From assembly GCA_963783375.1 (NCBI GenBank), contig CAWANH010000029.1:640001-704000 (forward strand): DNA of 64,000 nucleotides, given 5' to 3'. Source of the stretch: Candidatus Eiseniibacteriota bacterium (lineage in GTDB: Bacteria > Eisenbacteria > RBG-16-71-46 > JABDJR01). Under the pieces are notes generated by a model. That model was not told where the DNA came from and searched no databases. It worked only from the letters and a program-made list of their open reading frames with translations. This document shows positions 38,316-47,456 of the stretch, one piece after another (position 1 is the first letter of the stretch; every line of letters begins with the position of its first letter). The position numbers were made by a program, and so were the translations under genes.

Positions 38316-39050
38316 TCAGATGTCGAAGGAGGAGAGGCGCTCGTCGTGGCTCGGCTTTCCCCAGTACTCCTCTTCGGGGGTGCCGATGGACGGCACGGCC
38401 AGGAGCACCGCGGCGAGGTACAGGTAGAGGGCGGCCACCAGGGCCAGGGCCACCCAGGGGGGGACGGGGCCGATCCGCATGCTCCGGTAGAACGAGTAGT
38501 CCCCCTCGATCACCCCGGGATGCATGAGAAGCTTCGACACCCAGCTCCCCAGGAGGAGCAGGAAGAGCGCCCCGTAGTTGCGTTTCAATCTCGCGCGCAC
38601 CGCCTGCTGATAGGTGATCTTGAATCGGGGCCGCAGGAGATCTTCGGCCACCAGTTTCCCCCAGTTGGCGACCGGGCTCCGAAGATCGCGGCGGAAGATC
38701 GGCCCGAAGAAGTTCTCTTCCAGCATGTGCACCCGCGCGCGCCAGACGTCGAAGAACCGGAAGCGCCGGGCTTCGATCCCCAGGAACGTGAACACCAGGA
38801 GCATGCCGGCCAGGATCCCCACGTGGGAGTGGGAGGGCTCGCCGAGGCTGAAGGTGACGAGGCCCATCACCGAGAGGATGGCCCAGTTGGTGGTGTTGTC
38901 CAGCCGCAGGCGCCACTGGGTGGCCCGGTCCAGCTCCCCCCGGTAGAAGTGCACCAGGGCCGAGATGTACTCCGACCGGCTGAGCGGGGTCTCCTCGTAG
39001 CTGGGAATGGGGATCCGGGTCTTCTCGCCTGGGTACTCCCGCTCGGTCAT
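38316..39050 (-). CDS. DUF2270-like integral membrane protein
   Basis: ALVHFYRGELDRATQWRLRLDNTTNWA...IEARRFRFFDVWRARVHMLE...RLKRNY. Confidence 0.85.
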   Translation of the reverse strand: MTEREYPGEKTRIPIPSYEETPLSRSEYISALVHFYRGELDRATQWRLRLDNTTNWAILSVMGLVTFSLGEPSHSHVGILAGMLLVFTFLGIEARRFRFFDVWRARVHMLEENFFGPIFRRDLRSPVANWGKLVAEDLLRPRFKITYQQAVRARLKRNYGALFLLLLGSWVSKLLMHPGVIEGDYSFYRSMRIGPVPPWVALALVAALYLYLAAVLLAVPSIGTPEEEYWGKPSHDERLSSFDI

Positions 39051-39053
39051 CGC

Positions 39054-40175
39054 TCAGCCCTCGATCATTTCCACGTTCGCGCGGGGCACGATGACGTCGT
39101 CCCCGTCGGCAAGCTTCACCCGGAGCACCCGCACCTTGGCCTCGGTTTCCAGCGCGACCAGCTCGGAGGGGAGCGCGGTCACCTGCCCCAAACGTCCGAA
39201 GTAGGGCTCGCGGATCACGCGAATGACCATGCCCACGTCGAGACCGCCCTGGAAGGTGTCCGGCGCCTCGTCCCTCCCCCGGCTCTCCTCCAGAGGGACG
39301 ATGATCTCCGGGCGAAGCACGCCGGCCCGGATCTGGGTGGCCCCGTTCACCGAGGCCTTCTTGCCGTTGAGACGGGTGAGGAGTTCGAAGGTCTTGTCGG
39401 CCATGGTGAGGGCACCGAATCCCTCGGTGACGATCACGGTGAGACCCAGATCCTCGCTCCCGGTGATGGCCACCCCGAGGTCGTACCCCAGGAGCTTTCT
39501 CAGGTCCTCGTCGGCCATCCCCCCGGCCACGATCGCCGCCGCGCCCTGCTTGCGGGCCTCCTGGATGAGAAGGTAACTGGCCTGGGTTCCCACCACCACC
39601 ACCTTCCCCTTGGAGTCCTTCAGGGCCTCGAGGCCGGCCTGCCGGTCGGGAGCGTCCACCGCGAGGTGCAGGATGCCCACCCCCTCTCCCCCGATCCCGA
39701 AGATGCCCTGGATCAGGGCGCCGCGGGTCTCGACCACCACCCCCTCCTCGGGCATGACCTCCTTCACCGTGCCGTCCACATAGGCCGCCATCTCCACCGG
39801 GAGAGCGGGTTCGCGAAGGGTGACCTGGCCGGTGACCTCCGAGACGTTTTCCAGGGTGCCGGAGGTGTTGGCCCGGGCGGTGGACTTGAGGAGGCCGAAC
39901 AGGGACTTGGCCCGGGCGATCGGCTCCCCCTCCTTCACCGACTCCCCCGACTGCTTGAGCATGCAGCCGGCGATGTCCGCGGGGGGAACGCCGAGGATGT
40001 TGGCCACGTTGACCGTCTTCACGTTTCCCGGGAGAGCGGTTCGGGCCACCACGTCCTCGGCCCGGACCGAGTCCCCCTGCTTCACCGCCACCTCCCCCTT
40101 CAGGGGAAGGCGGCGGACCTTGTCGATCACGGTGTGGCCGGTGACCCGGAGCCCCGGCGTGTATGCGTGTGCCAC
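39054..40175 (-). CDS. Hypothetical protein with barrel-sandwich-hybrid-like repeats and a C-terminal KOW/SH3-like domain
   Basis: GTG 40175 after an AGGAAAGGAAG RBS; VKQGDSVRAEDVVA, KQSGESVKEGEPIA, LGVAITGSE, VGMVIRVIREPYFGRLGQV. Confidence 0.8.
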   Translation of the reverse strand: MAHAYTPGLRVTGHTVIDKVRRLPLKGEVAVKQGDSVRAEDVVARTALPGNVKTVNVANILGVPPADIAGCMLKQSGESVKEGEPIARAKSLFGLLKSTARANTSGTLENVSEVTGQVTLREPALPVEMAAYVDGTVKEVMPEEGVVVETRGALIQGIFGIGGEGVGILHLAVDAPDRQAGLEALKDSKGKVVVVGTQASYLLIQEARKQGAAAIVAGGMADEDLRKLLGYDLGVAITGSEDLGLTVIVTEGFGALTMADKTFELLTRLNGKKASVNGATQIRAGVLRPEIIVPLEESRGRDEAPDTFQGGLDVGMVIRVIREPYFGRLGQVTALPSELVALETEAKVRVLRVKLADGDDVIVPRANVEMIEG

Positions 40176-40197
40176 GTGCGCTTCCTTTCCTCGGTTC

Positions 40198-42033
40198 CTA
40201 TTCGGCGGCCGTCGCGGACGCGGGGTCCGCATACATGTCCACGGCCCGGTTCCAGCGACGGAGCGCCTCCACCCGCCGGGCGCGGTCCGCGGGGAGCCGG
40301 AAGGGACGGCGCCCCCGGGCGTCGAGCAGAACCCCCACCACACCCCCCTTCAGGGTCCGGGTCGCCGCGCGTCCCTTCCCCTCGCCGAAGTCGAGGTGCT
40401 TCGAAGGTTCAAGATGGGCCTCGGCCTCTTCCCCCACCCCCAGGGGAAGGAGCAGGAGGTCGCCGTAGTTGAGGGTGTGGGCCTCCTCCCGCCCGCCGGA
40501 GAACTTGATGCGGGCGGTGAAGGCCGGCTGGCCCGTCTTCCCCTCTCCCCACGGGGCCACGGTGGTGCCCAGGCGGATCATGCAGTCCTTCTCGAACACC
40601 TCGGTGGCCACCGCCGGATACCGGGTGGAGAGCACCCCGAGGTGCGGCATCATGAAGATCGAGTCCACCGCCATCTCGGTGATCCCCTCGGGGAGGAAGG
40701 CGTCGGTCATCATCAGCATGGCCTGCTGGCGCCGGGGGGCGTGGGACAGCACCCCTCCCGAGCCCACCACCAGGGCCAGGGAGTCCAGGCTCACCAGGGT
40801 TTCCCCCGAGGTGGTCTGCTCGAAGGTGTCGGAGATGGTGCGCTCCTGCTGGACCCCCTTGAGCCCCACCGCCAGCGCCTTGTGCTGGGCGAAGGCCAGC
40901 CGCAGGGCCTCCCGGGCCAGAGCCTGCTCCACCATGAGCTCCTGCCGGGTCTGGGGGATGGTGGTGGGGCGGATCATCTTGTTCTTGACCCGGTTCCGGA
41001 GGTCCGCCTCCTCCAGCTCGAAGGGGACCCAGCGCATGACGTTCTCCACCCCGGCCTCGGCCAGGACGTTGGAGACCGAATAGGACATGCCGAGGTTGGC
41101 GGACACGGTGCGGTTGAAGACCTTGGAGAATACCGAGAACACGTCGGTGGTCGCCCCCCCGATGTCCACCCCCAGGACGTCGATCCCCTCCTGCTCCCCC
41201 ACCGACTCGATGATCCGGCCCATGGCCGCCGGGGTGGGCATGATCGGGACCGGGGTCCAGGACATGAGCTTCTTGTAGCCGGGGGCCTGGGCCATCACGT
41301 GCTCCATGAAGAGATCGTGGATGGCGTGGCGGGCGGGCATGAGGTTCTCGCGCTCCATGGTGGGGCGGAGGTTGTCCACCACCGAGAGCGCGGTCTTCTC
41401 GCCGAGAATCTCCTCGATGTTCCCCCGGGCGTCGGTGTTCCCGGCGTAGATGATGGGAAGCTTGTAGGAGAGCCCCAACCGGGCCTTGGGGTCGGCGGCG
41501 GAGATGAGCTCGCCCAGCTCCACCACGTGCTTGGTCGTGCCTCCGTCCACGCCCCCGGAGAGAAGGATCATGTCCGGGCGAAGCTGGCGGATGCGCTGGA
41601 TCTTCTGGTAGGGGAGCCGTCCGTCGTTGGAGGCGATCACGTCCATCACGATCGCGCCCGCCCCCAGCGCCGCCCGCTCCGCCGACTCCCCGGTCATGGT
41701 CTTCACCACCCCGGTCACCATCATCTGGAGCCCGCCGCCGGCCGAGGAGGTGGAGAGGTAGATGTCCACCCCCTTGTCCCCCACCTGGGGGGTGATGATC
41801 GTCTCGCCGTCGAGGATCTGGCGGCCGGCCAGCTCCTCCACCTCGCGGACGGAGTTCAGAACCCCCTTGGTCACGTCCTCGAAGGGCGCCTCCACCGTGG
41901 TGGGAGCCTCTCCCCGGACGATGAGACGGTACTCGTCCCCGCGCTTCTCGATCAGGATGGCCTTGGTGGTGGTGCTTCCGCAGTCCGTGGCCAGGACGGA
42001 CCGCACCTCCTTCGGCAAGGTCGGTTCGCTCAA
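40198..42033 (-). CDS. GlmL (glutamate mutase L)-like ASKHA/actin-fold ATPase
   Basis: Phosphate motifs ATDCGSTTTK and VDIGGATTD, STSSAGGGL, PDMILLSGGVDGG, MPTPAA and adenosine motif GSGGVLS. Confidence 0.85.
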   Translation of the reverse strand: MSEPTLPKEVRSVLATDCGSTTTKAILIEKRGDEYRLIVRGEAPTTVEAPFEDVTKGVLNSVREVEELAGRQILDGETIITPQVGDKGVDIYLSTSSAGGGLQMMVTGVVKTMTGESAERAALGAGAIVMDVIASNDGRLPYQKIQRIRQLRPDMILLSGGVDGGTTKHVVELGELISAADPKARLGLSYKLPIIYAGNTDARGNIEEILGEKTALSVVDNLRPTMERENLMPARHAIHDLFMEHVMAQAPGYKKLMSWTPVPIMPTPAAMGRIIESVGEQEGIDVLGVDIGGATTDVFSVFSKVFNRTVSANLGMSYSVSNVLAEAGVENVMRWVPFELEEADLRNRVKNKMIRPTTIPQTRQELMVEQALAREALRLAFAQHKALAVGLKGVQQERTISDTFEQTTSGETLVSLDSLALVVGSGGVLSHAPRRQQAMLMMTDAFLPEGITEMAVDSIFMMPHLGVLSTRYPAVATEVFEKDCMIRLGTTVAPWGEGKTGQPAFTARIKFSGGREEAHTLNYGDLLLLPLGVGEEAEAHLEPSKHLDFGEGKGRAATRTLKGGVVGVLLDARGRRPFRLPADRARRVEALRRWNRAVDMYADPASATAAE

Positions 42034-42437
42034 CGTTTTCTCCTCTCGGTCTTGTCCGTCTTCTTCCCCCCACCCTTCCGCTTCGCGGTCTTGGCCGCGC
42101 GCTCCTTCTCCCGATGGGCCTCGTCCGCCGCCTCGATGCGGCGAAGAAACTCCTCCATGTTGTCCCGCTCCTCCATGATGGAGGCGAACCGGCTGTAGCT
42201 TCCACCGTGGATCACCGCCCGCACCACCGGCTCGAAAAAGAACATCGCCTGGCTCCCCACGAAGTTCAGCGGCTTCACCGACTCCAGGAAGAGCACCGCC
42301 GGCACGGCCAGCCGCCGTTCGGCGAGCCAGGCCGCCATCCGGTCCAGAAGGGCGGCGTCCTCCCCGCTCAGCCCCGGCTCGTCCTCCCGGGGCTCCGGTG
42401 GGCCATCCCCCGGCGGCCGGCGGCCGAAGATCCCCAT
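42030..42437 (-). CDS. Small hypothetical protein
   Basis: ATG 42437; RRLAVPAVLFLESVKPLNFVGSQAMFFFEP; 4-nt overlap with the glmL-like gene. Confidence 0.78.
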   Translation of the reverse strand: MGIFGRRPPGDGPPEPREDEPGLSGEDAALLDRMAAWLAERRLAVPAVLFLESVKPLNFVGSQAMFFFEPVVRAVIHGGSYSRFASIMEERDNMEEFLRRIEAADEAHREKERAAKTAKRKGGGKKTDKTERRKR

Positions 42438-42439
42438 CG

Positions 42440-42871
42440 TCACTCCCCGTCCCCGCCGGGACCGAACCGGCTCACCCAGTCCAGAATCTCGTCCCGGTGC
42501 TCGCCGTAGCGAAGCATGACGCTCCGATAGGGCTCCAAGGGGTGCCGGCCCCGGAACGGGCTGAGGCTCACCCCCCTCTCCCCCACGTAGGCCTGGCGGA
42601 AATCCCGCCACGGCCGGGCCGTCCGCTGGAAGGCGGAACGCACCTCCACCCGGTCCGGGGTGAGCCGGTAGGAGGTGGAGACGAAGAACGGCCCTACCCC
42701 GCCCACCAGGATCAGGGCGGCGAAGAGGCCGATCACCAAGCCTCCCAGCACGAAGCTGGCGTAGATCGCGCCGGCCACCACGGCCAGCGCGGATATCCCC
42801 TTGGCCCGTTCCGCGTGGAACGGACGCACCCGCCACGTGAGCTCCACCTTATCGGTGGCCCTCTCCGTCAC
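42440..42871 (-). CDS. Two-TM hypothetical protein with a possible PH-like soluble domain
   Basis: LTWRVRP, two TMs, then PFFVSTSYRLT...RPWRDFR...GVSLSPF; overlaps the gcvPB end. Confidence 0.75.
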   Translation of the reverse strand: MTERATDKVELTWRVRPFHAERAKGISALAVVAGAIYASFVLGGLVIGLFAALILVGGVGPFFVSTSYRLTPDRVEVRSAFQRTARPWRDFRQAYVGERGVSLSPFRGRHPLEPYRSVMLRYGEHRDEILDWVSRFGPGGDGE

Positions 42872-44315
42872 CGGGCATCCACCTGAGCTTGAGTTTTCGG
42901 GCGGCCCGAGCCTCGTCCGGCCGGGCCACCGGCGTGGTATGGGGGGCGGTCTTCACCCGCTCCGGCTCCTCCTCCGCCTCCCGGGCGATGGTCTGCATGA
43001 TCTCCACGAAGCGGTCCAGGGACTCCTTGGACTCGCTCTCGGTGGGCTCGATCATGAGCGCCTCCTCCACGATGAGGGGGAAGTAGGTGGTGGGGGCGTG
43101 TACCCCGAAATCGAGCAGGCGTTTCGAGATGTCCGCCGCCCGGACCCCCTGCTTCTTCTGCTTCACCGCCGAGAGCACGAACTCGTGCATGCAGGGCCCG
43201 GGATACCGGAGGGTGTAGTCCCCCCGGAGCCGGGCCAGGAGATAGTTGGCGTTCAGGATGGCCCCCCGGCTCACCGCGGAGAGCCCGGGAGCCCCCAGGC
43301 TCATGATGTAGGCCATGGCCCGCACCAGGACCCCGAAGTTCCCGAAGAATCCGTGGACCCGGCCCACCGACTTGGGACGGACGTACTCGAAGCGGAATCC
43401 GCTCTCGTCCTCGGTGAGAACCGGGTAGGGCAGGAACGGCCGCAGGTCCTCCCGGACCGCGATCGGGCCCGCTCCCGGTCCCCCGCCCCCGTGGGGGGTG
43501 GAAAAGGTCTTGTGGAGGTTCAGGTGCATCATGTCGAAGCCCATCTCCCCCGGCCGGCAGAGACCCACCAACGCGTTCATGTTGGCCCCGTCCAGGTACA
43601 TGAGCCCCCCGGCCCGGTGCACGATCCCGGCGATGTCCTCGATCTCCGTCTCGAAGTTGCCGAGGGTGTTGGGGTTGGTGAGCATCATGGCCGCGGTGCG
43701 GGGTCCCACCGCCTTCTCCAGGGCCGCGAGATCCACCCGTCCCCGGGGGTTGGATTTGATCTCCACCGCCTTCATGCCGGCGATCCGCACCGAGGCCGGG
43801 TTGGTGCCGTGGGCGGAATCGGGGATCACCACCTCGTCGCGGACCTCGCCGCGGTCGGCGTGCCAGGCCCGGGCCACCAGCATCGCGGTCAGTTCCCCCT
43901 CGGCGCCCGCCGCGGGCTGGAGCGACACCGCGGGGAGCCCGGTGATTTCGGCCAGGGCGGTCTCCAGCGCCTTCAGAAGCTCCAGCGCCCCCTGGCAATC
44001 CCCTTCCGGGGTCAGGGGATGGAGGCCGGCGAAGCCGGGGAGGGCGGCCAGGCGGTCGTTGATCTTGGGGTTGTACTTCATGGTGCACGACCCCAGGGGA
44101 TAGATGGCCTTGTCCACGTGGTGGTTCAGCACCGAGAGATTGGTGAAGTGGCGCACCACCTCGGGCTCGCTCACCTCGGGAAGATCGAGGGGCTTCACCC
44201 GCCGCAGGCTTTCGGGCACCCAGTGGGCGGTTCCCCGGACCGGAACGTCCATCTCGGGAAGGATCGCTCCCCGCACCCCCGGCCGGGAGTGTTCAAAGAT
44301 GAGCTTCTCAGCCAC
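42849..44315 (-). CDS. gcvPB: Glycine dehydrogenase (decarboxylating) subunit 2
   Basis: YPLGSCTMKYNPK, PDSAHGTNPAS, HLNLHKTFSTPHGGGGPG (PLP lysine), MIEPTESE. Confidence 0.97.
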   Translation of the reverse strand: MAEKLIFEHSRPGVRGAILPEMDVPVRGTAHWVPESLRRVKPLDLPEVSEPEVVRHFTNLSVLNHHVDKAIYPLGSCTMKYNPKINDRLAALPGFAGLHPLTPEGDCQGALELLKALETALAEITGLPAVSLQPAAGAEGELTAMLVARAWHADRGEVRDEVVIPDSAHGTNPASVRIAGMKAVEIKSNPRGRVDLAALEKAVGPRTAAMMLTNPNTLGNFETEIEDIAGIVHRAGGLMYLDGANMNALVGLCRPGEMGFDMMHLNLHKTFSTPHGGGGPGAGPIAVREDLRPFLPYPVLTEDESGFRFEYVRPKSVGRVHGFFGNFGVLVRAMAYIMSLGAPGLSAVSRGAILNANYLLARLRGDYTLRYPGPCMHEFVLSAVKQKKQGVRAADISKRLLDFGVHAPTTYFPLIVEEALMIEPTESESKESLDRFVEIMQTIAREAEEEPERVKTAPHTTPVARPDEARAARKLKLRWMPGDGEGHR

Positions 44316-45672
44316 GGGCCGCCTCCTTCACCGCGTCCACCAGGGCGTCCAGGTCCTCTCGGGAATGCTTTTCGGTGACGCAGACCAGGAGCAACCGGTC
44401 CGCCCCCTCCGGGCCCAGATCCGCGAATCGGCCCAGGTTCACCCCGGGAATCACCCCGCGGGCCAGGCACCCCCGTACGATCTCCCGGGCCGGGCGCGGG
44501 CACTCCAGCACGAATTCGTGGAAGAACGGCGCGGCGTGGCGGAGGCGGAAGCCGTCGAGGGCGTCCAGCCGCTCCGCCGCATGGTGCGCACGCTCCAGGC
44601 ATTGCTCGGCGGTTTCCCGCATTCCCTCCGGTCCCATGAGGGAGAGGTAGATCACCGCCCGAAGAGCCAGAAGTCCCTGGTTGGTGCAGATGTTCGAGGT
44701 CGCCCGCTCCCGGCGAATGTGCTGCTCGCGGGTCTGCAGGGTCATCACGTAGGCGCGCTTCCCGTCCCGGTCCAGGGTCTCGCCGATCAGCCGGCCGGGG
44801 ACGTAGCGAACGAACTCCTCCCGGGCGGTGAAGAGACCGAGGGCCGGCCCTCCGAAGGAAGGGGCGGTGCCGAGCGAGATCCCCTCCCCCACCGCGAGGT
44901 CGGCTCCCATGGAGCCCGGGGTCTTGTAGAGGGCGAGGGCGTGGGGCTCGAAGACCTGGATGGCCCGTGCCCCGGCGGCTCGGGCCTCGGCGAAGAGATC
45001 GGTCAGGTCCTCCACGATCCCGAAGAAGTTGGGTCCCTGGGCGATCACCGCCGCCGGCTCGCCTCCCAGGGCGTCCCGCACCCACTCGCGTCCGACCGTT
45101 CCATCGGGGGCGGGATCCGCTGCGATGGAGATGTCCTGCCCCTGGCAGAAGGTCGTGAGCACCTGGAGGTAATGGGGGTGAAGCGGACCCGCAACCACCA
45201 GCCGCTTCCGCTTGGTCACCGAGACGGCGAGAAGGGCGGCCTCGGCCAGTGCGGTGGCCCCGTCGTAGAGCGAGGCGTTGGTGAGGTCCATACCGGTGAG
45301 CTCGGCCATCATGGTCTGGAACTCGAAGGTGGCGATGAGGGTCCCCTGGGACACCTCGGGCTGGTACGGGGTGTAGGCGGTGTAGAACTCGGAACGGAAG
45401 GACAGGTGATCCACCGCGGCGGGGACGATGTGGTCGTAGATCCCCGCGCCCAGGAACACCCGGCGCCGGTCGGTGTGCCCGTTCTTCTCCGCCATCGCCC
45501 CCAGGCGGCGAGCCACCTCGAACTCGCTCTTGGGACCGGAGAGGTTCAGGGGTCGGCGAAGGCGGAACGCCTCCGGCACCGGGGCCAGAAGCGCCTCGAA
45601 GGAAGAGGCGCCGATGGCGGCCAGCATCGCCTCCTCTTCCCCGTCGCCGCGGGGGACGTAGGGGGATTTCAA
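44308..45672 (-). CDS. gcvPA: Glycine dehydrogenase (decarboxylating) subunit 1
   Basis: FLGAGIYDH, EFYTAYTPYQPEVSQGTL, NASLYDGATA, LQTREQHIRRERATSNICTNQ; probable TTG start at 45672. Confidence 0.97.
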   Translation of the reverse strand: MKSPYVPRGDGEEEAMLAAIGASSFEALLAPVPEAFRLRRPLNLSGPKSEFEVARRLGAMAEKNGHTDRRRVFLGAGIYDHIVPAAVDHLSFRSEFYTAYTPYQPEVSQGTLIATFEFQTMMAELTGMDLTNASLYDGATALAEAALLAVSVTKRKRLVVAGPLHPHYLQVLTTFCQGQDISIAADPAPDGTVGREWVRDALGGEPAAVIAQGPNFFGIVEDLTDLFAEARAAGARAIQVFEPHALALYKTPGSMGADLAVGEGISLGTAPSFGGPALGLFTAREEFVRYVPGRLIGETLDRDGKRAYVMTLQTREQHIRRERATSNICTNQGLLALRAVIYLSLMGPEGMRETAEQCLERAHHAAERLDALDGFRLRHAAPFFHEFVLECPRPAREIVRGCLARGVIPGVNLGRFADLGPEGADRLLLVCVTEKHSREDLDALVDAVKEAARG

Positions 45673-45673
45673 C

Positions 45674-46060
45674 TCAGTTCCCCTCCCCCACGTGGGCGGC
45701 ATAGGCGTCGGCGTCCATGAGCTTGTCCAGCTCCGAGGGATCGGTGACCTCGAGCTTGAGCATCCAGCCGTCCCCGTAGGGCGACTTGTTGATGTGCTCG
45801 GGGGCGTCGTTCAGGGCGGAGTTCACCTCGATGACCTTTCCCGACACCGGGGACATGAGGTCGCTCACCGTCTTCACCGCCTCGATGGTCCCGAACACCC
45901 CGCCCTGCTCGACCTCGGTGCCGGTCCCGGGAAGCTCCACGAACACGATGTCCCCCAGCTCCCCCTGGGCGTAGTCGGTGATCCCCATCACCGCGGTCTT
46001 CCCGTCCAGCCGCACCCACTCGTGGTCCACCGTGTACTTCAGATTCTTGGGCGTCTCCAT
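45674..46060 (-). CDS. gcvH: Glycine cleavage H protein
   Basis: YTVDHEWV, GITDYAQGELGDIVFVELP, IEAVKTVSDL (lipoyl Lys), SPYGDGW. Confidence 0.97.
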   Translation of the reverse strand: METPKNLKYTVDHEWVRLDGKTAVMGITDYAQGELGDIVFVELPGTGTEVEQGGVFGTIEAVKTVSDLMSPVSGKVIEVNSALNDAPEHINKSPYGDGWMLKLEVTDPSELDKLMDADAYAAHVGEGN

Positions 46061-46091
46061 GCCGTCCTCCCGTTCCTCTCGGTCCTTGGGG

Positions 46092-47216
46092 TCATGCCGT
46101 CTTGCGGGGGGCCTTCCGGCTCCCGCGGGTATAAAAAGGCAGGGGGGTCACCGCGGCGGCTTCGCTCCGGCCGCGCACGTCGATGGCCACCCCGGTCCCC
46201 GGCGCGGCGTGGGCGGCGTCGACGTAGCCCATGGCCAGTCCCCGCCCCAGCGAGGGGGCGAAGGAGCCGCTGGTCACCATGCCGGCGGGGCGGCTCTCCG
46301 CGCTGATCGCATATCCCCTCCGGGGGATCACCTTTCCGCCGGCCGGGGTAAGGCCGACCAGCCGGCGCGGGATCCCCGAGGTTTTCTGGGCGAGGAGCGC
46401 CTCCTTCCCCATGAAGTCGTCCTTGGCCATCTTCACCGTCCACCCCAGGCCCGCTTCCAGGGGCGAGGTGGTGTCGTCGATGTCGTTTCCGTAGAGGCAA
46501 TAGCCCATCTCGAAGCGCAAGGTGTCGCGGGCGGCCAGTCCCACCGGGGTGATCCCCGCCGTCCGTCCCTCGTCGAGGAGCCGATCCCAGAGTTCCGTGG
46601 CCCGGGAGTCGCCGACATAGAGTTCGAAACCGTCCTCGCCGGTGTACCCGGTCCGCGAGATCAGGACATCGACCCCGGCCACCTCTCCCGCCCGGGCGGT
46701 GTAGGTGTCCATGGCGGCCAGATCGGTCGTGGTGAGCCGGGAAAGGAACGCCTCCGTTCCCGGCCCCTGCACCGCGATGAGCGAGGTCTCGTCGGACTCG
46801 TTCCGGAACGCCACCGACCGCGGCAGGCGCTCCCGCACCCAGGCCTCGTCCTTGGCCAGGTTCGCCGCGTTCACCACCAGGAGCACCGAATCCGGCAGGT
46901 GGTAGACGATCAGGTCGTCCACGATACCCCCGTCCTCCCGGCACATAGGGGAATACACCGCCTGGCCGGTCGCCGTGCCGGTGACGCGGTTGGTGACCAG
47001 GCGGTCCACCGCGGCCAGCGCCCCGGGTCCGGTGAGCCGGAACTCTCCCATGTGGGAGAGATCGAAGATCCCCAGGCCCCCGCGCACCGCCTCGTGCTCC
47101 GCGATCTGGCCGGAGTACTGGAGCGGCATCAGGTACCCCGCGAAGGGCACGATCTTGGCCCCCAGCTCCCGGTGGCGATCGTAGAGGGCGGTCTCTTTCC
47201 CGTCGGTGGCTGTCAT
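46092..47216 (-). CDS. gcvT: Glycine cleavage aminomethyltransferase T
   Basis: FAGYLMPLQY, FDLSHMGE, SRTGYTGEDGFE, GLAARDTLRFEMG; ATG 47216 after GGAGAAGG. Confidence 0.96.
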   Translation of the reverse strand: MTATDGKETALYDRHRELGAKIVPFAGYLMPLQYSGQIAEHEAVRGGLGIFDLSHMGEFRLTGPGALAAVDRLVTNRVTGTATGQAVYSPMCREDGGIVDDLIVYHLPDSVLLVVNAANLAKDEAWVRERLPRSVAFRNESDETSLIAVQGPGTEAFLSRLTTTDLAAMDTYTARAGEVAGVDVLISRTGYTGEDGFELYVGDSRATELWDRLLDEGRTAGITPVGLAARDTLRFEMGYCLYGNDIDDTTSPLEAGLGWTVKMAKDDFMGKEALLAQKTSGIPRRLVGLTPAGGKVIPRRGYAISAESRPAGMVTSGSFAPSLGRGLAMGYVDAAHAAPGTGVAIDVRGRSEAAAVTPLPFYTRGSRKAPRKTA

Positions 47217-47338
47217 GATCCTTCTCCTCCCGATCCCCGGTTCCGCGCCGGCCGGGCCGCCCGAGACACGGCCGCTCCCGGCGCCCGACCCCGGCAACCG
47301 CGCTCCTCGCGTCAACTTGCGCGCACGGGGGCCCAAAG

Positions 47339-47358
47339 CTTGTGAAGTCTATCACAAG
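47339..47358. promoter_or_regulatory. Rex- or CRP-type operator overlapping an extended -10 upstream of gcvT
   Basis: CTTGTGAAGTCTATCACAAG palindrome; the minus strand reads TGA-TAGACT inside it. Confidence 0.7.
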
Positions 47359-47456
47359 GCCTTCGCCCCCGATCGCGGTCCCCGGCGGCGGGAAATCCGC
47401 CCCGACCGCGTCTTCTACCGGCGCGACCGGGGCGGCCCCACCCGGGCCGGGCGGGA

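Noticed and set aside
40198-42033. Annotation as mismatch-repair MutL or as proof of glutamate fermentation
   Set aside because: The motifs are ASKHA-type, not GHKL, and no mutase subunits are in the window.
47217-47456. Glycine riboswitch upstream of gcvT
   Set aside because: No GGAGA...CCGAAG...CUCUCAGG aptamer pattern was found.
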